This document shows, in pieces, positions 45,541 to 59,920 of a stretch of DNA of 64,000 nucleotides. The notes under the pieces are model-generated. The model was not told where the DNA came from, did not search any database, and worked only from the letters and a program-made list of their open reading frames with translations. The position numbers and the translations under genes were made by a program. Positions within the stretch are counted from its first letter, which is position 1. Each line of letters starts with the position of its first letter. The DNA lies in contig OX597825.1 in NCBI GenBank assembly GCA_951406725.2, positions 81,282,001-81,346,000 on the forward strand, given 5' to 3'. Source of the stretch: Octopus vulgaris (lineage: Eukaryota).

Positions 45541-45694
45541 TATATATATACATATATATATAGTATGGCTATGCATATATACATGTATATATATATAAGT
45601 ATATGTATATATCTATATATTTATATAACTATATGTATATATCTATATATCTATAAATATATCTATCTATCTATTTCTATATCTATATATATCT

Positions 45695-45751
<57 letters not shown>

Positions 45752-46011
45752 GAGAGAGAGAGAGAGAGAGATAGACAGATAGATAGACTCACACACGAAT
45801 GCAAACTTAGCAACATAAGTGCCCTTTCTTTAAAGCTAATCCCAGTTATTAAAATGTGTGTTAATCCACTTCAGTTTGACGGAAACAGGGTTTGATCTGC
45901 TGTACGCCGTCTGTCCCTTTCTACCTTTCTCCTTCTGCCTCTGTCTCCCTCTCCATCTCTCTCTGTACACGTACCTGTGCCTGATGATACATACATACAC
46001 ACACACACACA

Positions 46012-46107
<96 letters not shown>

Positions 46108-46433
46108 CACATACTTATATATACATGCATGCATACATATATATATTTTTATATACATATATGTGCATGTGATGTTGTGTGCGTGCGTGTGTGAATGTTT
46201 GTGTTATCACGTCAGAAGATACTTGAACGGTGCATAAAAAAAGAGGGGAGAGCTATGAAGAAATAATTTATTGTAGAAAGGAGAGTGGATGTGTACAATT
46301 AGAAATACATACATACATACATACATTAATACAGCCGAAATTGCGAGGATGATCCGGTTCTTGACTGAAGATAAAAGTGTTTTTTTTGTATCGTCTATCT
46401 GGATGTTTTGTTGTCCCTTTTTGCGTTCTCATC

Positions 46434-46546
<113 letters not shown>

Positions 46547-46864
46547 GAGATTAATAGATAGATAGAGAGGTAGAGAGATAGAAAGATAGATAGATCGATA
46601 GACAAATGTTTGCATGCGTAACGTTTGTTTCGCTATCAAAATGTTTTTCACTCCAATTGTTTGTATTTATTACTATCAAATATATATATGTGTGCATATA
46701 TGTACACACACTCGCACGCACGCGCACACATGCATACATGTTCATCATATTTTCTATCATTTATCTATTTTACATTTATATACATATATTATGTATGTAT
46801 ATATGTATATATGCATATACATATAATATATATGCAAATATATATACGTATATATATATAAGTG

Positions 46865-46943
<79 letters not shown>

Positions 46944-47129
46944 AGATATATATATAAATTTTGTATATGTATGTATAAATGTGATCATGTATATATGTAT
47001 GTATGTCTATATATATGGATTATGTTGCAGGCTCATGATGTGTACCTAATAAAAACGTCGTGTTCTGGGTAGTTTTCTTTTAAGGTTATATATCTATTTA
47101 TCTATCTGTACTTGCATCCATGCTTGCAT

Positions 47130-47970
47130 GCAAACATACATTCACCCAAAGAGCACTGGTAAATTCCATTTGTCGAAACAACAAAATAAATAGTTGGACT
47201 CATTTCCTGAGAAGAGTCTGGATGCGTATTTAGCGTGAAGTACGGAAATCATTGACGGGATTATTGATAACAAATGTATTGTATGAAGTACCAATAAGTT
47301 TTTGGTATCCCGTTTCGAAGGTTACCTGCTTACAATTCCAGACGAGATCCCCGCCAAATACCTACAGTGTAAAAGCCAGAAAACATTGACAGGTAACAAA
47401 TTTAGGCTGTGCAAATTTCGACACAGAAGACATCAACCACTTTATTGCCAACTGTGAGAGAATGTCTTCCGGGTACTATCTTCCCCTATGGCACGATACG
47501 GTGACTGGAATATGCAGGAACAGAACAACTGAAAAAGGTAACACCAAGAGATGAAGTTGGCCTTATTGAGATCGAAGGATCAAAAGAATATTGATGATAC
47601 CTAAAAATTAAAATAGCCATCATGTTTAAAATACCACCGGTCAGTTATTGCTGTGTGGGACCAAAAAGAATAGATGTGTTCTGTTGTGGAAATATGATGC
47701 CTTCTGGACCCCAATGTGGTTAGAAAAGATATAAGTGATAAAGGACATCGGTGGACCATTGAGAATGAGTTTGCGAATCCGGTACCCAAGGTGCACTTTC
47801 AGCTTCATATCTTTTGTTATTGGAGCAACAAGATATGTGCCAACAAGTCTGAAAGGAAAGAATGGCTGAACATGGGTCCTTAGGGAGATAACACAAATTC
47901 TTAAACATATACTAGAGAATTTCAAGGTATCTGGGACCACAGAATCTGCAGACTTTCTTCAAATTCGAAG
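47130..47970 (+). mobile_element. R4/Dong-like (RLE) non-LTR retrotransposon 3' remnant
   Basis: FEGYLLTIPDEIPAKYL; CCHC knuckle RLCK..DTEDINHFIANC..YYLPLWHDTV; endonuclease-like IAVWDQKE*MCSVVEI*C..DPNV and IGAT. Many stops and frameshifts. Confidence 0.7.
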
Positions 47971-48076
47971 GACGATGAACAAAACAGATCGCTTTCCTTC
48001 ACAGCCTTGCTGCCAAGCAGGGGGCCGGATTAAATTCATTCTTAAATTAAAAGAAAGGGAGAACATCCTTCCATCC

Positions 48077-48107
<31 letters not shown>

Positions 48108-48589
48108 TGTATGTATGTATGTATGTATGTATGTATGTATGTATGTATGTATGTATGTATGTATGTATGTATGTATGTACATGTGTTTGTATGTGTGTGT
48201 GTGTCGGGGGTGCAGTGTGTATATTTGGATGTAGAGACTTCATCGGAAAGAAGAAATAAGAAAAACTATATTTGATAAAGAATTTGATTGTCAAATCCTA
48301 TCAATTAAGTTGGTTAACTGGGATTCTGTGTTTCTAGACTCTCTCACGGAATTCTGATTTCCTGGCTGAATATCCCTTCCATCCATCCATATATATGCAC
48401 ACACACACAAGCACACATACACATACACACATTCACACACATATATACTCATATATATACGTGCATATAAGCGTAGGCATACGTATATATGTATATATTT
48501 ATATACATACATATATGCATACGTAGATACATATATATACAGATAGACAGATAGGTAGAGAGACAAATAGGTAGATAGATAGATAGATA

Positions 48590-49016
48590 ATGTTTATTGG
48601 CCATACAGGGCTGAACTGAATGAGGACAAAATACAAAGTACAGCTTTGTTTTTTGGGAAGGAAAAAAAGGGATCGTGAAAAAAAGTGGGGGAAGCCGATC
48701 AATAGGGATCGTGTATAGCAGAAACGTCATAGTGTAAAAGGGGAAACACATCAGGTTTATCCGTGGAAAGAAAAGCCTACGGAAAAGACCACGGTAACCT
48801 CGGGCAATAATGTCATGCAAAAATACATGACAGTAAGTGACTCTTTTTTCCTTTCTTTTTTGGTTCATAGGATTATGCTCAAGCTGGCTCCGTCATTCCC
48901 ACATGCCATCCTTGCTACATTCACCCATTTTTTAAAAACATTCACTAGACAAAACTTGCCTCTCTACTCACCTTCCTCTTCAAGTGATACTTGAAGAAGT
49001 TGATGAGAGATTCACC
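48590..49016 (-). mobile_element. Tx1/L1-like LINE 3' end inserted in (GATA)n
   Basis: Reverse complement of about 9990-10458 ([17 protein letters not shown]). (AGAT)n lies on both sides. Confidence 0.8.
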
Positions 49017-49048
49017 AGATAGATAGATAGACAGATAGATTGACTGAC

Positions 49049-49136
<88 letters not shown>

Positions 49137-49147
49137 CAACAGGTAGG

Positions 49148-49183
<36 letters not shown>

Positions 49184-49184
49184 C

Positions 49185-49241
<57 letters not shown>

Positions 49242-49308
49242 TACAGACAGACAGATAGACAGATAGATATATAGATAGATTAGTTGATTGACTGATTGAC
49301 TAATTGAC

Positions 49309-49340
<32 letters not shown>

Positions 49341-49690
49341 CGATTGATACGTGTGTCTGTGCGTGTGTCACTCTCAACCTTTCCCTAGTAAAAATATATT
49401 TTCCATCACTAAAAATTATCGCCGAATCCTTCATCGAACTTTTGTCTTTGTATTTTTTTTATACACAACTATACCTAAAAGTAAGCGATACATATACCTG
49501 TGTGTGTGTATGTCTGTGAGTATAGATAACTAGATGCATATAATGGTCGATAGATAATCAAATTACTCTTTGATCCCATTAAGCCGACTCCCAATATACC
49601 GATCTAAAGAGTGACTGCTCTGACTCGCTGACTCTCAACGATTCTTTTATATTTTTTTCACCCTTAATACGCCTACTTCTAATTTGCTAC

Positions 49691-49862
<172 letters not shown>

Positions 49863-49979
49863 TAGATATGGTCCAGTAACTATGTATAATATATAAATTT
49901 ACAAATATGCTTATATATAAACATGCTTATACATATATATGTATATATATATCTATGTCTATATATATATATATATACA

Positions 49980-50015
<36 letters not shown>

Positions 50016-50025
50016 TATATATTCT

Positions 50026-50084
<59 letters not shown>

Positions 50085-50459
50085 GTGTGTACGTAAGTGT
50101 ATGAGCTCGTGCGCGCATACGTATGTGTGTGTGTGTGTGTGTTTCAGTTATTGGTCTGCGGCCATGCTGGGGCTACATCTTGAAAGTATTGGTGAATCAT
50201 ATCTATCTTGTAATTATTCCAGTCTGGTACTTATTCTATCGATCTCTCTTTATCGAACTGTCAGATCACGCTTCATAAAATGCCTCAACGTACACACAAC
50301 AGCAGTTTCAAACTGTCTAAACACACACACAGTCATGGACATACACACATACATGAATACATCTACAACTACACATACGCACACAGATACACACACACAC
50401 ATAATCACACACATATGAATGTATATATATATATATGCGCGTGTGTGTGTTTATATGTA

Positions 50460-50594
<135 letters not shown>

Positions 50595-50617
50595 TACACA
50601 TATATATATATCGTTGC

Positions 50618-50996
50618 TATTATGTTAAACTGTCGTATGTCCAAATTTGGACAAATGCGTTTTTTTGGGGTTTTATTTCAATATTAGAAGTTTTGCTTGC
50701 AATTGCCGGTTCTTTTGGTCAAATTACTGTATCTCCAGCTGCTTCAGATGCCAAGATATCAAAAACAACGGTTTAGCATTTTTCTAAAGTGTAGTAAGTC
50801 CCACATACGACAGTTTTTGCGAAAATATTTCTGACTGAAAATATCATACATGCATGGATTTAAGATTCTCTGCAGCCAACAAAGTATTATTGTTAAACTG
50901 AATCTGTTGCTAATCTAAAGAGAAATGGACTGGTGAAACTATTTTTTCGTATTCTGAAAAAGCAACGTTCTGGACTTACGACAATTTTGCATAATA
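50618..50996. mobile_element. Unclassified MITE with about 26-bp TIRs
   Basis: tattatgttaaactgtcgtatgtcca ... tggacttacgacaattttgcataata, plus an internal TIR-like copy (acatacgacagttt) near 50803. Confidence 0.6.
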
Positions 50997-51005
50997 TATA
51001 TATAT

Positions 51006-51073
<68 letters not shown>

Positions 51074-51139
51074 CATGCATACATATATACATACATATAA
51101 TAGTTGTATGTTTGAGTGTGTACGTGTGTAATTTATATT

Positions 51140-51221
<82 letters not shown>

Positions 51222-51224
51222 GAT

Positions 51225-51256
<32 letters not shown>

Positions 51257-51983
51257 TATATATATGCGTCTCTCACAAAAGAATGATTAATAGTGACTTC
51301 GAAGTGTTGACCAGCTAAGTCATGACTATCGATAATATTCCTGTTTAAGAATAACAAATGTGTTCGCTACAAATGTACAATTAACCCAACAGATTATTGT
51401 AAATTTTTCATTATAACTGAACATAATATGTGTGTGTGCGTATGTGTGTGTGTGTGCGTGTGTGTGAGTAGGCGCGTGTATCTATGTATGTATATGTATA
51501 TTCATTGAGTCTGTGCATGTATACATGCATCTATATGTGTACAAACTACCAGTGATATTCACGGGCCTTCTACGGTCCACCTTCACTTTTGCATTCCAAT
51601 TTCTGTATAGTTCAACCACACTAGTTGATACTAGATACTATTATTGCTTATTATACTGTGTAGTTTATTTATCGTTTTGTGTGTGACTACTCACAAATGT
51701 GAAGTTATGACATTCATACGTTTTTATTTTACGAACTAACCTCGTAAATATATCTTTTACTGTGAATCGAAACTGTTTCTCCGAATCAGCATGCTGTATA
51801 GGTTTCGTGTTTTTATCGAATGAAACTGGCCATTCTATGGTATTACAAATCAATGGGATGTTATGGCATTAATGCCTTTCCTAATCTTATTACTAACATA
51901 AAAGGAATTACAAATTTTCAACCGTGATTCGAACTCGTTTCCTCCGAGCTGACTTAGTACAATAATACAAGCTGTAATATTCG

Positions 51984-52165
51984 TTTCAAATATTTGTACA
52001 AGGCCAGCAATTTCAGGGGAGGCGGAAGTCGTTGACATCGACACTAGTAGGCAATTGGTACTTATTTTATCGATCCCGAAAGGATGAAAGGCAAAGTCCA
52101 CCCCGGCGGAATTTGAACTCAGAACCTAAGGACGGACGAAATGTCGCTTAAGCGTTTTACCAGCC
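51984..52165 (-). mobile_element. SINE family C, tail type B
   Basis: cccgaaaggatgaaaggcaaagtc..ggcggaatttgaactcagaac. Confidence 0.85.
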
Positions 52166-52202
52166 TTACATGACAAGTTGTAAGATTAATCCCGTTCGAA
52201 AG

Positions 52203-52385
52203 GTGGCCAGCTAGCAGAAGCGTTGGCACGCTGGGCGGTATTTCGTACGTTCCGCGTTCAAATTCTGTCGAAGTCGACCATTATTTTTAATCATTTCGGG
52301 GTCATTAAAATAAGTATTAGAGTAACATTGGAATCGATGTATTCAACAAGGCCGAAATTGCTGGCCTTGTGCCTAAATTTGAAAC
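52203..52385 (+). mobile_element. SINE family C, diverged, head-to-head with the previous copy
   Basis: agctagcagaagcgttggcacgctgggcg..gttcaaattctg..gaaattgctggccttgtgcctaaatttgaaac. Confidence 0.7.
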
Positions 52386-52859
52386 CAGTATTAATTCCCT
52401 TTCAATGAATATGAGTCATAAATATTATTCTTTCTCAACGGTGATTCGAAACCGCTACCCCAAATTTACCTGCAGAATATAATTGTGTCTTTTTCTCTTA
52501 AGCTCTTTCTCTGTCTCTTTCTGTCTGTCTGTCCTTCTTTCTTGCACACTGTTGTTAATATTTTTATCATTCATACTGTTTTTATTGTTGTGCTTTTTTT
52601 TAGCTCTAGGGCAGTCCTGATCTAATAAATCTAATTTAAAGACATTTCCATCCGTGGCCATATCGCCTCTCTTTATATTTTAACAAAAACAATACCATAT
52701 TATGCAATGTATCTTTCCTTTAAAAAAAAATAAAATAAAACAGCAGTAAATCAATTGAGGTAGAACTGCTCGCTATTTTTAGGCGGTTACAAGTGGGACG
52801 ACGCATATAGCCTTCTTCCGCTGGCAATTGCTATTGCTCACGTTGTTGTTGTTATTGTT

Positions 52860-52902
<43 letters not shown>

Positions 52903-53491
52903 TTGTTGACATGGATATTGCAAACTGGTGTTGCTGTTGCATGCGGTGTAAATTGTGCTGCATATAAATTAGTTGATAAATCGATCGATATTTAATCAAT
53001 TAAAAGCTGGGGCGTCGGCGAAAGATGCAGAGCAATGGATGCATGTCTTGGATTAGAGTTATTAACCTCAACTCACTCACTTCCTGAAGTTTAAGGGTTC
53101 AAATCCCGCATGTGTTGACGCCTTTTACATATCTAACTTTTTCAAAAGTCACGCATATTTTCACTGTTCCTCAGACATATCGTGTCAGTAAATTATGTGT
53201 TTGCCGGTTAATTCTTTTTTCCTCAAACCTCTAGGTTTTTCTTTTTTTTTTCCAGAATGTCTCTTATAAGTTTCGTATCTTAGTCAAGAGTATCTATAAT
53301 TGTCAATGTGAATTCATAATCTCCCTAAAGAAACTGAAAACTTCGAAACGGTTTTTCACAAATATTTCTTTTTTTTTTTCTTGGTAATTATTAGCTCATT
53401 TCACATTTGTGTATGAAATAAGCGTAAGAAATCTGTGTATTAAATCTGTGTAGAAATTTGTGTATGGAATTGGCGTAGGTAAAATGTATGC

Positions 53492-53855
53492 GAAATTTGT
53501 GTCGGAAATTTACGTATGAATAGTGAAATTTGTGTCTGAAATTCATGTATGACTCGTGAAATTTGTGTCTGAAATTCACGTATGAATCGTGAAATTTGTG
53601 TCGGAAATTTACGTATGAATCGTGAAATATGTGTCGGAAATTTACGTATGAATCGTGAAAATATGTGTCGGAAATTTACGTATGAATCGTGAAAATATGT
53701 GTCGGAAATTTACGTATGAATCGTGGAATATGTGTCGGAAATTCACGTATGAATCGTGAAATTTGTGTCGGAAATTTACGCATGAATAGTGATATATGTG
53801 TCGGAAATTTACGTATAAATCGTGAATATGTGTCGGAAATTTACGTATGAATCGT
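53492..53855. repeat. Minisatellite, about 11 x 33 bp (gaaatttgtgtcggaaatttacgtatgaatcgt)
   Basis: Directly adjacent units without spacers. Degenerate gaaatttgtgta sub-units flank it. Confidence 0.9.
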
Positions 53856-53929
53856 AAAATTTGTTAATGAAACTTGTGTAGGAAATTTGTGAAGGAATTA
53901 GTGTAGGAAATTAATTATTTTATTCGTTT

Positions 53930-54143
53930 ATTCTTCTATTCTTTTACTTGTTTCAGTCATTTGACTGTGGCCATGCTGGAGCACCGCCTTTAGTCGAACA
54001 AATAGACCCCAGGGCTTATTCTTTGTAAGCCTAGTACTTATTCGATCGATTTACTTTTGCCGAACCGCTAGCTTACGTGGACGTAAACACACCAACATCG
54101 GTTGTCAAGCGAAGGGAGGGGGCGGACAAACACAGACACACAT

Positions 54144-54206
<63 letters not shown>

Positions 54207-54368
54207 CATACGACGGGTATCTTTCAGTTTCCGTCTACGAAATCCACTCACAAGGCTTTGGTCGGCCTAGGGCTATTGTAGAAGATAATTGCCCAAGGTG
54301 CCACGCAGTGGGACTGAACCCGGAACCATGTAGTTAGGAAGCAAGCTTCTTACCACAGCCACTCCTGT
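53930..54368 (-). mobile_element. SINE family A
   Basis: Full-length reverse complement of 63091-63513 with internal (TA)n. Confidence 0.9.
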
Positions 54369-55333
54369 ATAAAATAGGTATGTTTAAATGCTGTTGTAAA
54401 GGTGTGTAGCTTTTTACACCAAACACCTGTCGAGTAACCTTATGGCCAGACACGATTAGTGGACTGTTCTGAAACTGACGGTAAGCGCTCATATCAGCAT
54501 TAAGAAAGCTAATGGACCAATCATCCAGTATAAATTAGTCAGTGTTTACGACATAAGCTTGTTTCTGATCAACCGAACTAATCTACAACGAGGAATTAGT
54601 TGCGATTAAAATTCAAGCAACAACTTCACAGATACAATGGCGTAGTTTACAACCTACTTGCTTCTTCGTTAGTCATTCACTATTATTCCTATTATTTAGT
54701 AAATTACTGGTAAGTTGACACTCTTTTGTTTCACTGCTATACTGTAGTACAGAATATATATCTACAGATCTTTGCCAGCACTACATGTCATACTGAAGTA
54801 AATATTTTGTTCCTATATACAATAATTCACTAATCAAACAAGGTAACAAGAATGCATTATCTATGCAAATCGGCCTATCCGATTTACATATAACCTGAGT
54901 AACAGTGGGATAAGCAGCAGCGTTTCTGCGGATAGTTAAGGAGGATACTCAGTTGCTAACGAAATCCTAACACAAGATCGAGTACTAGTGATCCAGTTGG
55001 TTCCACTAGACTTTACATCTGTCTGTCTATACATACATACACACACATACAAACATACATAAATACATATGTAGGCACACACATACACACACAAATATAT
55101 ATATACGTTGGCTATTTGTAGAAATACTGTGTAGTACTGTTTGACCTATCATTTATGGCCACGCTGCCTTTATTGATTAAGTAATTTTGCCAGTGAATGA
55201 CATTTAGCATTTTTAAATAGAATATCAATATCAGTTATTCTCCTGTCACATGACAAGCAATAAACTAGGAGCTGTTTCTCCTTAGGAAAAGAAAAAGTCA
55301 CAGGTTATATACATGCATACGTACATACATACG

Positions 55334-55394
<61 letters not shown>

Positions 55395-55657
55395 CTATAT
55401 CAGTGAATATATATATATATATATATACATATGAATATATGTTTTTACTAATGATTGTTGCTGAGCCGTGAAAAATGTCAGGGCAATCTTCTTTACTTTC
55501 TATGTACGAGGAGAATAACAACATGTGCTGCCATCTGTGTAAATTCTTTCAGCAAAGGCTTAAAAAAACTGTTTTTTAAAAATAATTTTAAGAATTTATC
55601 TAAGCTTTCCCAAAACAAGCTGTGTTGCACATATATATAAATGTAAATATATATATG

Positions 55658-55720
<63 letters not shown>

Positions 55721-55726
<6 letters not shown>

Positions 55727-55893
55727 TTATATTTCGGAATGGTCATATTGCCAGTTTAGCCAATAAAAACACACGCACTATATATTTGGTGTTATATATA
55801 TATTTTTTACATGCTAAACTGGCAATATGACATTCAAATATAACGATATCTGTTTCAACACACGACTTCACATAAAAAATCTTGCACAACAAA

Positions 55894-55895
<2 letters not shown>
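55721..55895. mobile_element. Fold-back Penelope-like fragment in (TA)n
   Basis: Arms 55721-55760 / 55813-55849. The tail is homologous to 28270-28315. Confidence 0.6.
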
Positions 55896-55939
<44 letters not shown>

Positions 55940-56165
55940 TAAATATATACATACATACACGCTCGCACACACACACGCACACACAAACACAAACAGACAC
56001 ACAGACACACACATATATACAAATTTGGAGGGGTCACTTGGCCAGAAAGGAGCACGCACTGGTTTTATTACACTACAGTTAGTCAATTTGTAAACCGTTT
56101 AACTAGTTAAGTAATTGTTTGTTTAAATACTTGTTCGATCATCCGGTCAATCAGTGACGTTCGTG

Positions 56166-56399
56166 ACATGGCAGCGAGCTGGAGGAAACGTTAGCGCGCC
56201 GGGCGAAATGCTTTGTGGTATTACGTCCACCGCTGCGTTCTGAGTTCAAATTCCGCCGAGGTCGACTTTACCTTTCATCCTTTCGGGGTCGATAAATTAA
56301 GTACCAGTGACGCACTGGGGTCGATGTAATCGACTTAATCCGTTTGTCTGTATTTGTTTGTCCCCTCTATGTTTAGCCCCCTTTGGACAATAAAGAAAT
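56166..56399 (+). mobile_element. SINE family C, tail type A, with 13-bp TSD
   Basis: TSD agtgacgttcgtg at 56153-56165 and 56400-56412. Tail gtcccctctatgtttagcccc...aataaagaaa. Confidence 0.9.
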
Positions 56400-56519
56400 A
56401 GTGACGTTCGTGTCCGTACAAGTCCGTTCCCCCACAGCATTCGCGACCTCGTCAGAAATGAGTGAGGGTATGCAGACCTGTCAACGCGCGTGTGTGTGTG
56501 TGTGTGTGTGTGTATGCCT

Positions 56520-56785
56520 ATATGCCTGTGCACACCTTTCAATGGTATGTATGCCATGATGTCTGCCAATCAAACGGAGGCCTCAAAAGACATTTTAACA
56601 TCCATAAACATCAGAACTTATCTGCAGCTCTTGGTGGTCCAAATCGGATATGCAATCTATGGGGCTCTCTTTGCAGAACATTGTCTGGTTCAAAAAGCCA
56701 CATCAGATGCCATGGTGGTGCTAAGGTGTGGGTACAGGAGGTGGTCAAACTCTGCATAAGGAGTGGACAACCACTATATATGTAT
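56520..56785 (+). mobile_element. RTE-like LINE 3' end with degenerate zinc fingers
   Basis: CHDVCQSNGGLKRHFNIH and CNLWGSLCRTLSGSKSHIRCH, the same architecture as 7780-8305. Short UTR then tatgtatg. Confidence 0.6.
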
Positions 56786-56849
56786 GTGTGTTTGTGTGTG
56801 TATGTATGTATGTATGTATTATGTGTGCATTGTCTAAAGATTGTACGCT

Positions 56850-57045
56850 GACAGGCTCGTCAGAGCTTCAGAAACACTTTCGTAGTACTTCTTCCGAATC
56901 CCTACGGTTTGAGTCCGCCGAGATCACTTTTGCCTTTCGTCCTTTCGGAATCAACGAATTAAGTCACCAGACAAGTACTAAGGGCCGATGTAATCGACTT
57001 GCTTCCGCCTCTGAAAATTGCTGGCCTAGTGCCAAAACTGAAATG
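56850..57045 (+). mobile_element. SINE family C, diverged
   Basis: tccgccgagatcacttttgcctttcgtcctttcgga..aaaattgctggcctagtgccaaaa. Confidence 0.65.
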
Positions 57046-57317
57046 AATTCTGTATATAGTCTGTAGGTATAGGAGCTGTACAAGGCTGTGTCTTACAACA
57101 CACCACACACACATTCACGTTCACACATAAATGCACACATAGTTATGTATGTAAGGATATTAAATGCTAATACAACAGTAAAGCCATACTGCCGGATGTA
57201 CGTCTGACTGACTTCGCCTTAAAATAATTTAGCGAGAAAGACCGTGGAAATTTCTGGACGATCTTGATTTTAAAGATGGCTTCATTTTTTCTTAGTGATA
57301 TCTATTTTGTTTCACGT

Positions 57318-57351
57318 TATTATTATTATCTTTATTATTATTATTATTATC

Positions 57352-57401
<50 letters not shown>

Positions 57402-57429
57402 ATTATCATCATCATCATCGTCATCGTCG

Positions 57430-57500
<71 letters not shown>

Positions 57501-57544
57501 AATAATAATAATTATTATTATTATTATCATCGTCATCGTCGTCG

Positions 57545-57581
<37 letters not shown>

Positions 57582-57589
57582 TATTATTA

Positions 57590-57655
<66 letters not shown>

Positions 57656-57760
57656 ATTATCACCATCATCATCCTCATCATCCTCCTCCTCCTCCTCCTC
57701 CTCCTCCTCCTCATCATTATTATTATTATTATGTTGTTGTTGTTGTAGTTGTTGTTGTAT
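57318..57760. repeat. (TAT)n/(CAT)n/(CCT)n trinucleotide tract
   Basis: Direct reading. Confidence 0.95.
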
Positions 57761-58085
57761 TAATGTTTCATTTGTTTCAGTCATTGGACTACGGCCACAC
57801 TGGGGCACACCGGTCACGGGCTCTTAGGCAATCATATAAGTAAGTACTTACTGTTGGAGGGTTATCTAAGACAATCTTAATTAGCAACGACGGATAACTT
57901 ACAGAATCTAAAAAAAGATGCTACTTTCCCATTAGTTTTTCGCCTGGCGATGACAACGCCAACACACAGACAAAACACATAAAAACTGAGAGACTTTTGG
58001 CTCCCATCCAGGAACAAACACGAAAAACAACAACGCGAGGACGTTGTAAATGTTAAGTATTAGCTTAGGGAAGGAAAGAAAGGTG

Positions 58086-58120
58086 GTTTAACCTTTCGAG
58101 CAAAGCCCTTCCTCAGAAAC
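58086..58120 (-). ncRNA. Minimal type I hammerhead ribozyme motif
   Basis: Minus strand: gttt-CTGAGGA-a-gggc ttt gctc-GAA-aggt-T-aaac. Stem I gttt/aaac, 4-bp stem II, and aggt is one change from the palindromic acgt. Confidence 0.6.
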
Positions 58121-58130
58121 AGAGGAAAGT

Positions 58131-58166
<36 letters not shown>

Positions 58167-58167
<1 letters not shown>

Positions 58168-58992
58168 TAGCTGACGTACCCGGTAATTCCCGGGTAAGCG
58201 GGGCTTATCCCTTGGTTCCGTTCTCATAATTGTTTCGTTAATCCAATAACAACAATGCTAAGTATGTAGCCCTTAAAACGGTTTTTGTGCATTTACAGAG
58301 AATACCGAACTGTCTTACACAGGATCTTGTTTTTAGGAAATCACAATAAGTTATGAATACCCAAATTGCGAAGTCAGTCATGTAATAACATGAAATTAGT
58401 TACCCGATAGTAAGAATTCGAATAAAGTAGCCCCGAAAAGGGCTTTAATGTGTTCCTTGCGTATATAGAACTTGGGAGGAAATACTAATAATGTACGTAT
58501 ACTAAAATCGTGAAGTATGTTACATAATAACAAGCTAATCAGATATGAGATAATAACAATTCAAAGTAAATAACTCTGAAAAGAGAATATTACCCTCAGG
58601 GACGCTAGTGTTGGTATATTCGTGAATAAGTCACTAACCGAAATATGTGAATCTATTATTTAGGAAAATACTATTTACTTGTTTAAGGGTTGTACTGGAT
58701 AAATTGCGAAAATAACTCTAACAGTGCAAATACGAAGAAATAAGCATACTCAATTTCATTTTTACCAAATAATTTAGAAAAATGGATGGGTCATTTCCCT
58801 TGGCTATATATAATGATCTCTTCCAGGGGCCCTGTTATCCATTTTTCTTTCAACAATTGGTGTGTGCCAAAAGGTTTCCAGATATGAGTCCTACTTGCGT
58901 GTCAAGTTTCATCAAAATCGATAAAACTATGTAGGAGGAGTCAGCTAACAATTATACAAACGCACCCACAGACAGAATTCCCCACATATGCA

Positions 58993-59000
<8 letters not shown>
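58167..59000 (-). mobile_element. Non-autonomous Helitron-like element
   Basis: CTAG at 58167-58170 beside the hairpin acccgg taattc ccgggt. The far end has aagtttcatcaaaatcg and cacagacaga, like 15806-16197. Confidence 0.6.
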
Positions 59001-59041
<41 letters not shown>

Positions 59042-59151
59042 GGCTGTTCTGTTGATCGGATCAACTGAAACACTCACGCCTCGTCGTAACCGACGGAATG
59101 CCAGTTAATTACATTTGATAATACTTTTATTATACTTAAACGTAATTAAGA

Positions 59152-59360
59152 TGGCGAGCTGGCAGAATAGTTAGCACGCTGGACGAAATGCTTAGCGGCA
59201 TTTCGCCCTTTGCTACGTTCTGAGTTCAAATTCCGCCGAGGTCGACTTTGCCTTTCATTCTTTCAGGATCGATAAAACAAGTACCAGTTGCATACTGGGG
59301 TCAATGTAATCGACTCATCACCTCCCTCAAAATTGTTGCGCTTGTGGCAAAATTTGAAAC
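59152..59360 (+). mobile_element. SINE family C, tail type B
   Basis: ggcgagctggcagaatagttagcacgc...gagttcaaattccgccgaggtcgactttgcctttcat...cttgtggcaaaatttgaaac. Confidence 0.88.
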
Positions 59361-59884
59361 GTGATTAGACGGAGGCAACAAGCTCGAACTTTCAAGAGTT
59401 CCGCTTCGAACCATGAGGTCCCGAGATCGATATCATTATGTGCCAAGTTGGGTATGCATCATTACCTATAGCCTAGGGTAGCTCCTGACTTTATGAGTAA
59501 AATTGCATAGACGGACACTGTACGGAATACCACCGGGTGAATTGTAGCCGTAATGCAAATGGTACTGTTTTGTCACAAACTTCAACATTAAGGCCAAACG
59601 TGTTTGTGGAATACTCAGGCACTTATGCACGATCAGTGCCGTTGTGTGAAAGGAGTGGGTCTACTGTTAGCGACGACGACGACGACGACGACAAAATGCT
59701 GACAATCGTTGAATACGACGATGACAATGGGGACGGTGGAGTTGCTGCTGCTGCTGCTGGTCATGTAATAATGGTAGTGTAAGGTTGTGACACGTTGTGT
59801 TGTGTGGGAGGCGGAAGGTGGCGATTATTTCTTCCGGTTTTTCTTTTCTCTTTTAGGTGGGGCTGCAGGTAGTTCGACGGATAT

Positions 59885-59920
<36 letters not shown>

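Noticed and set aside
53492-53855. CRISPR-like array of 33-bp repeats
   Set aside because: Units are contiguous with no unique spacers, there are no cas genes, and the context is eukaryotic.
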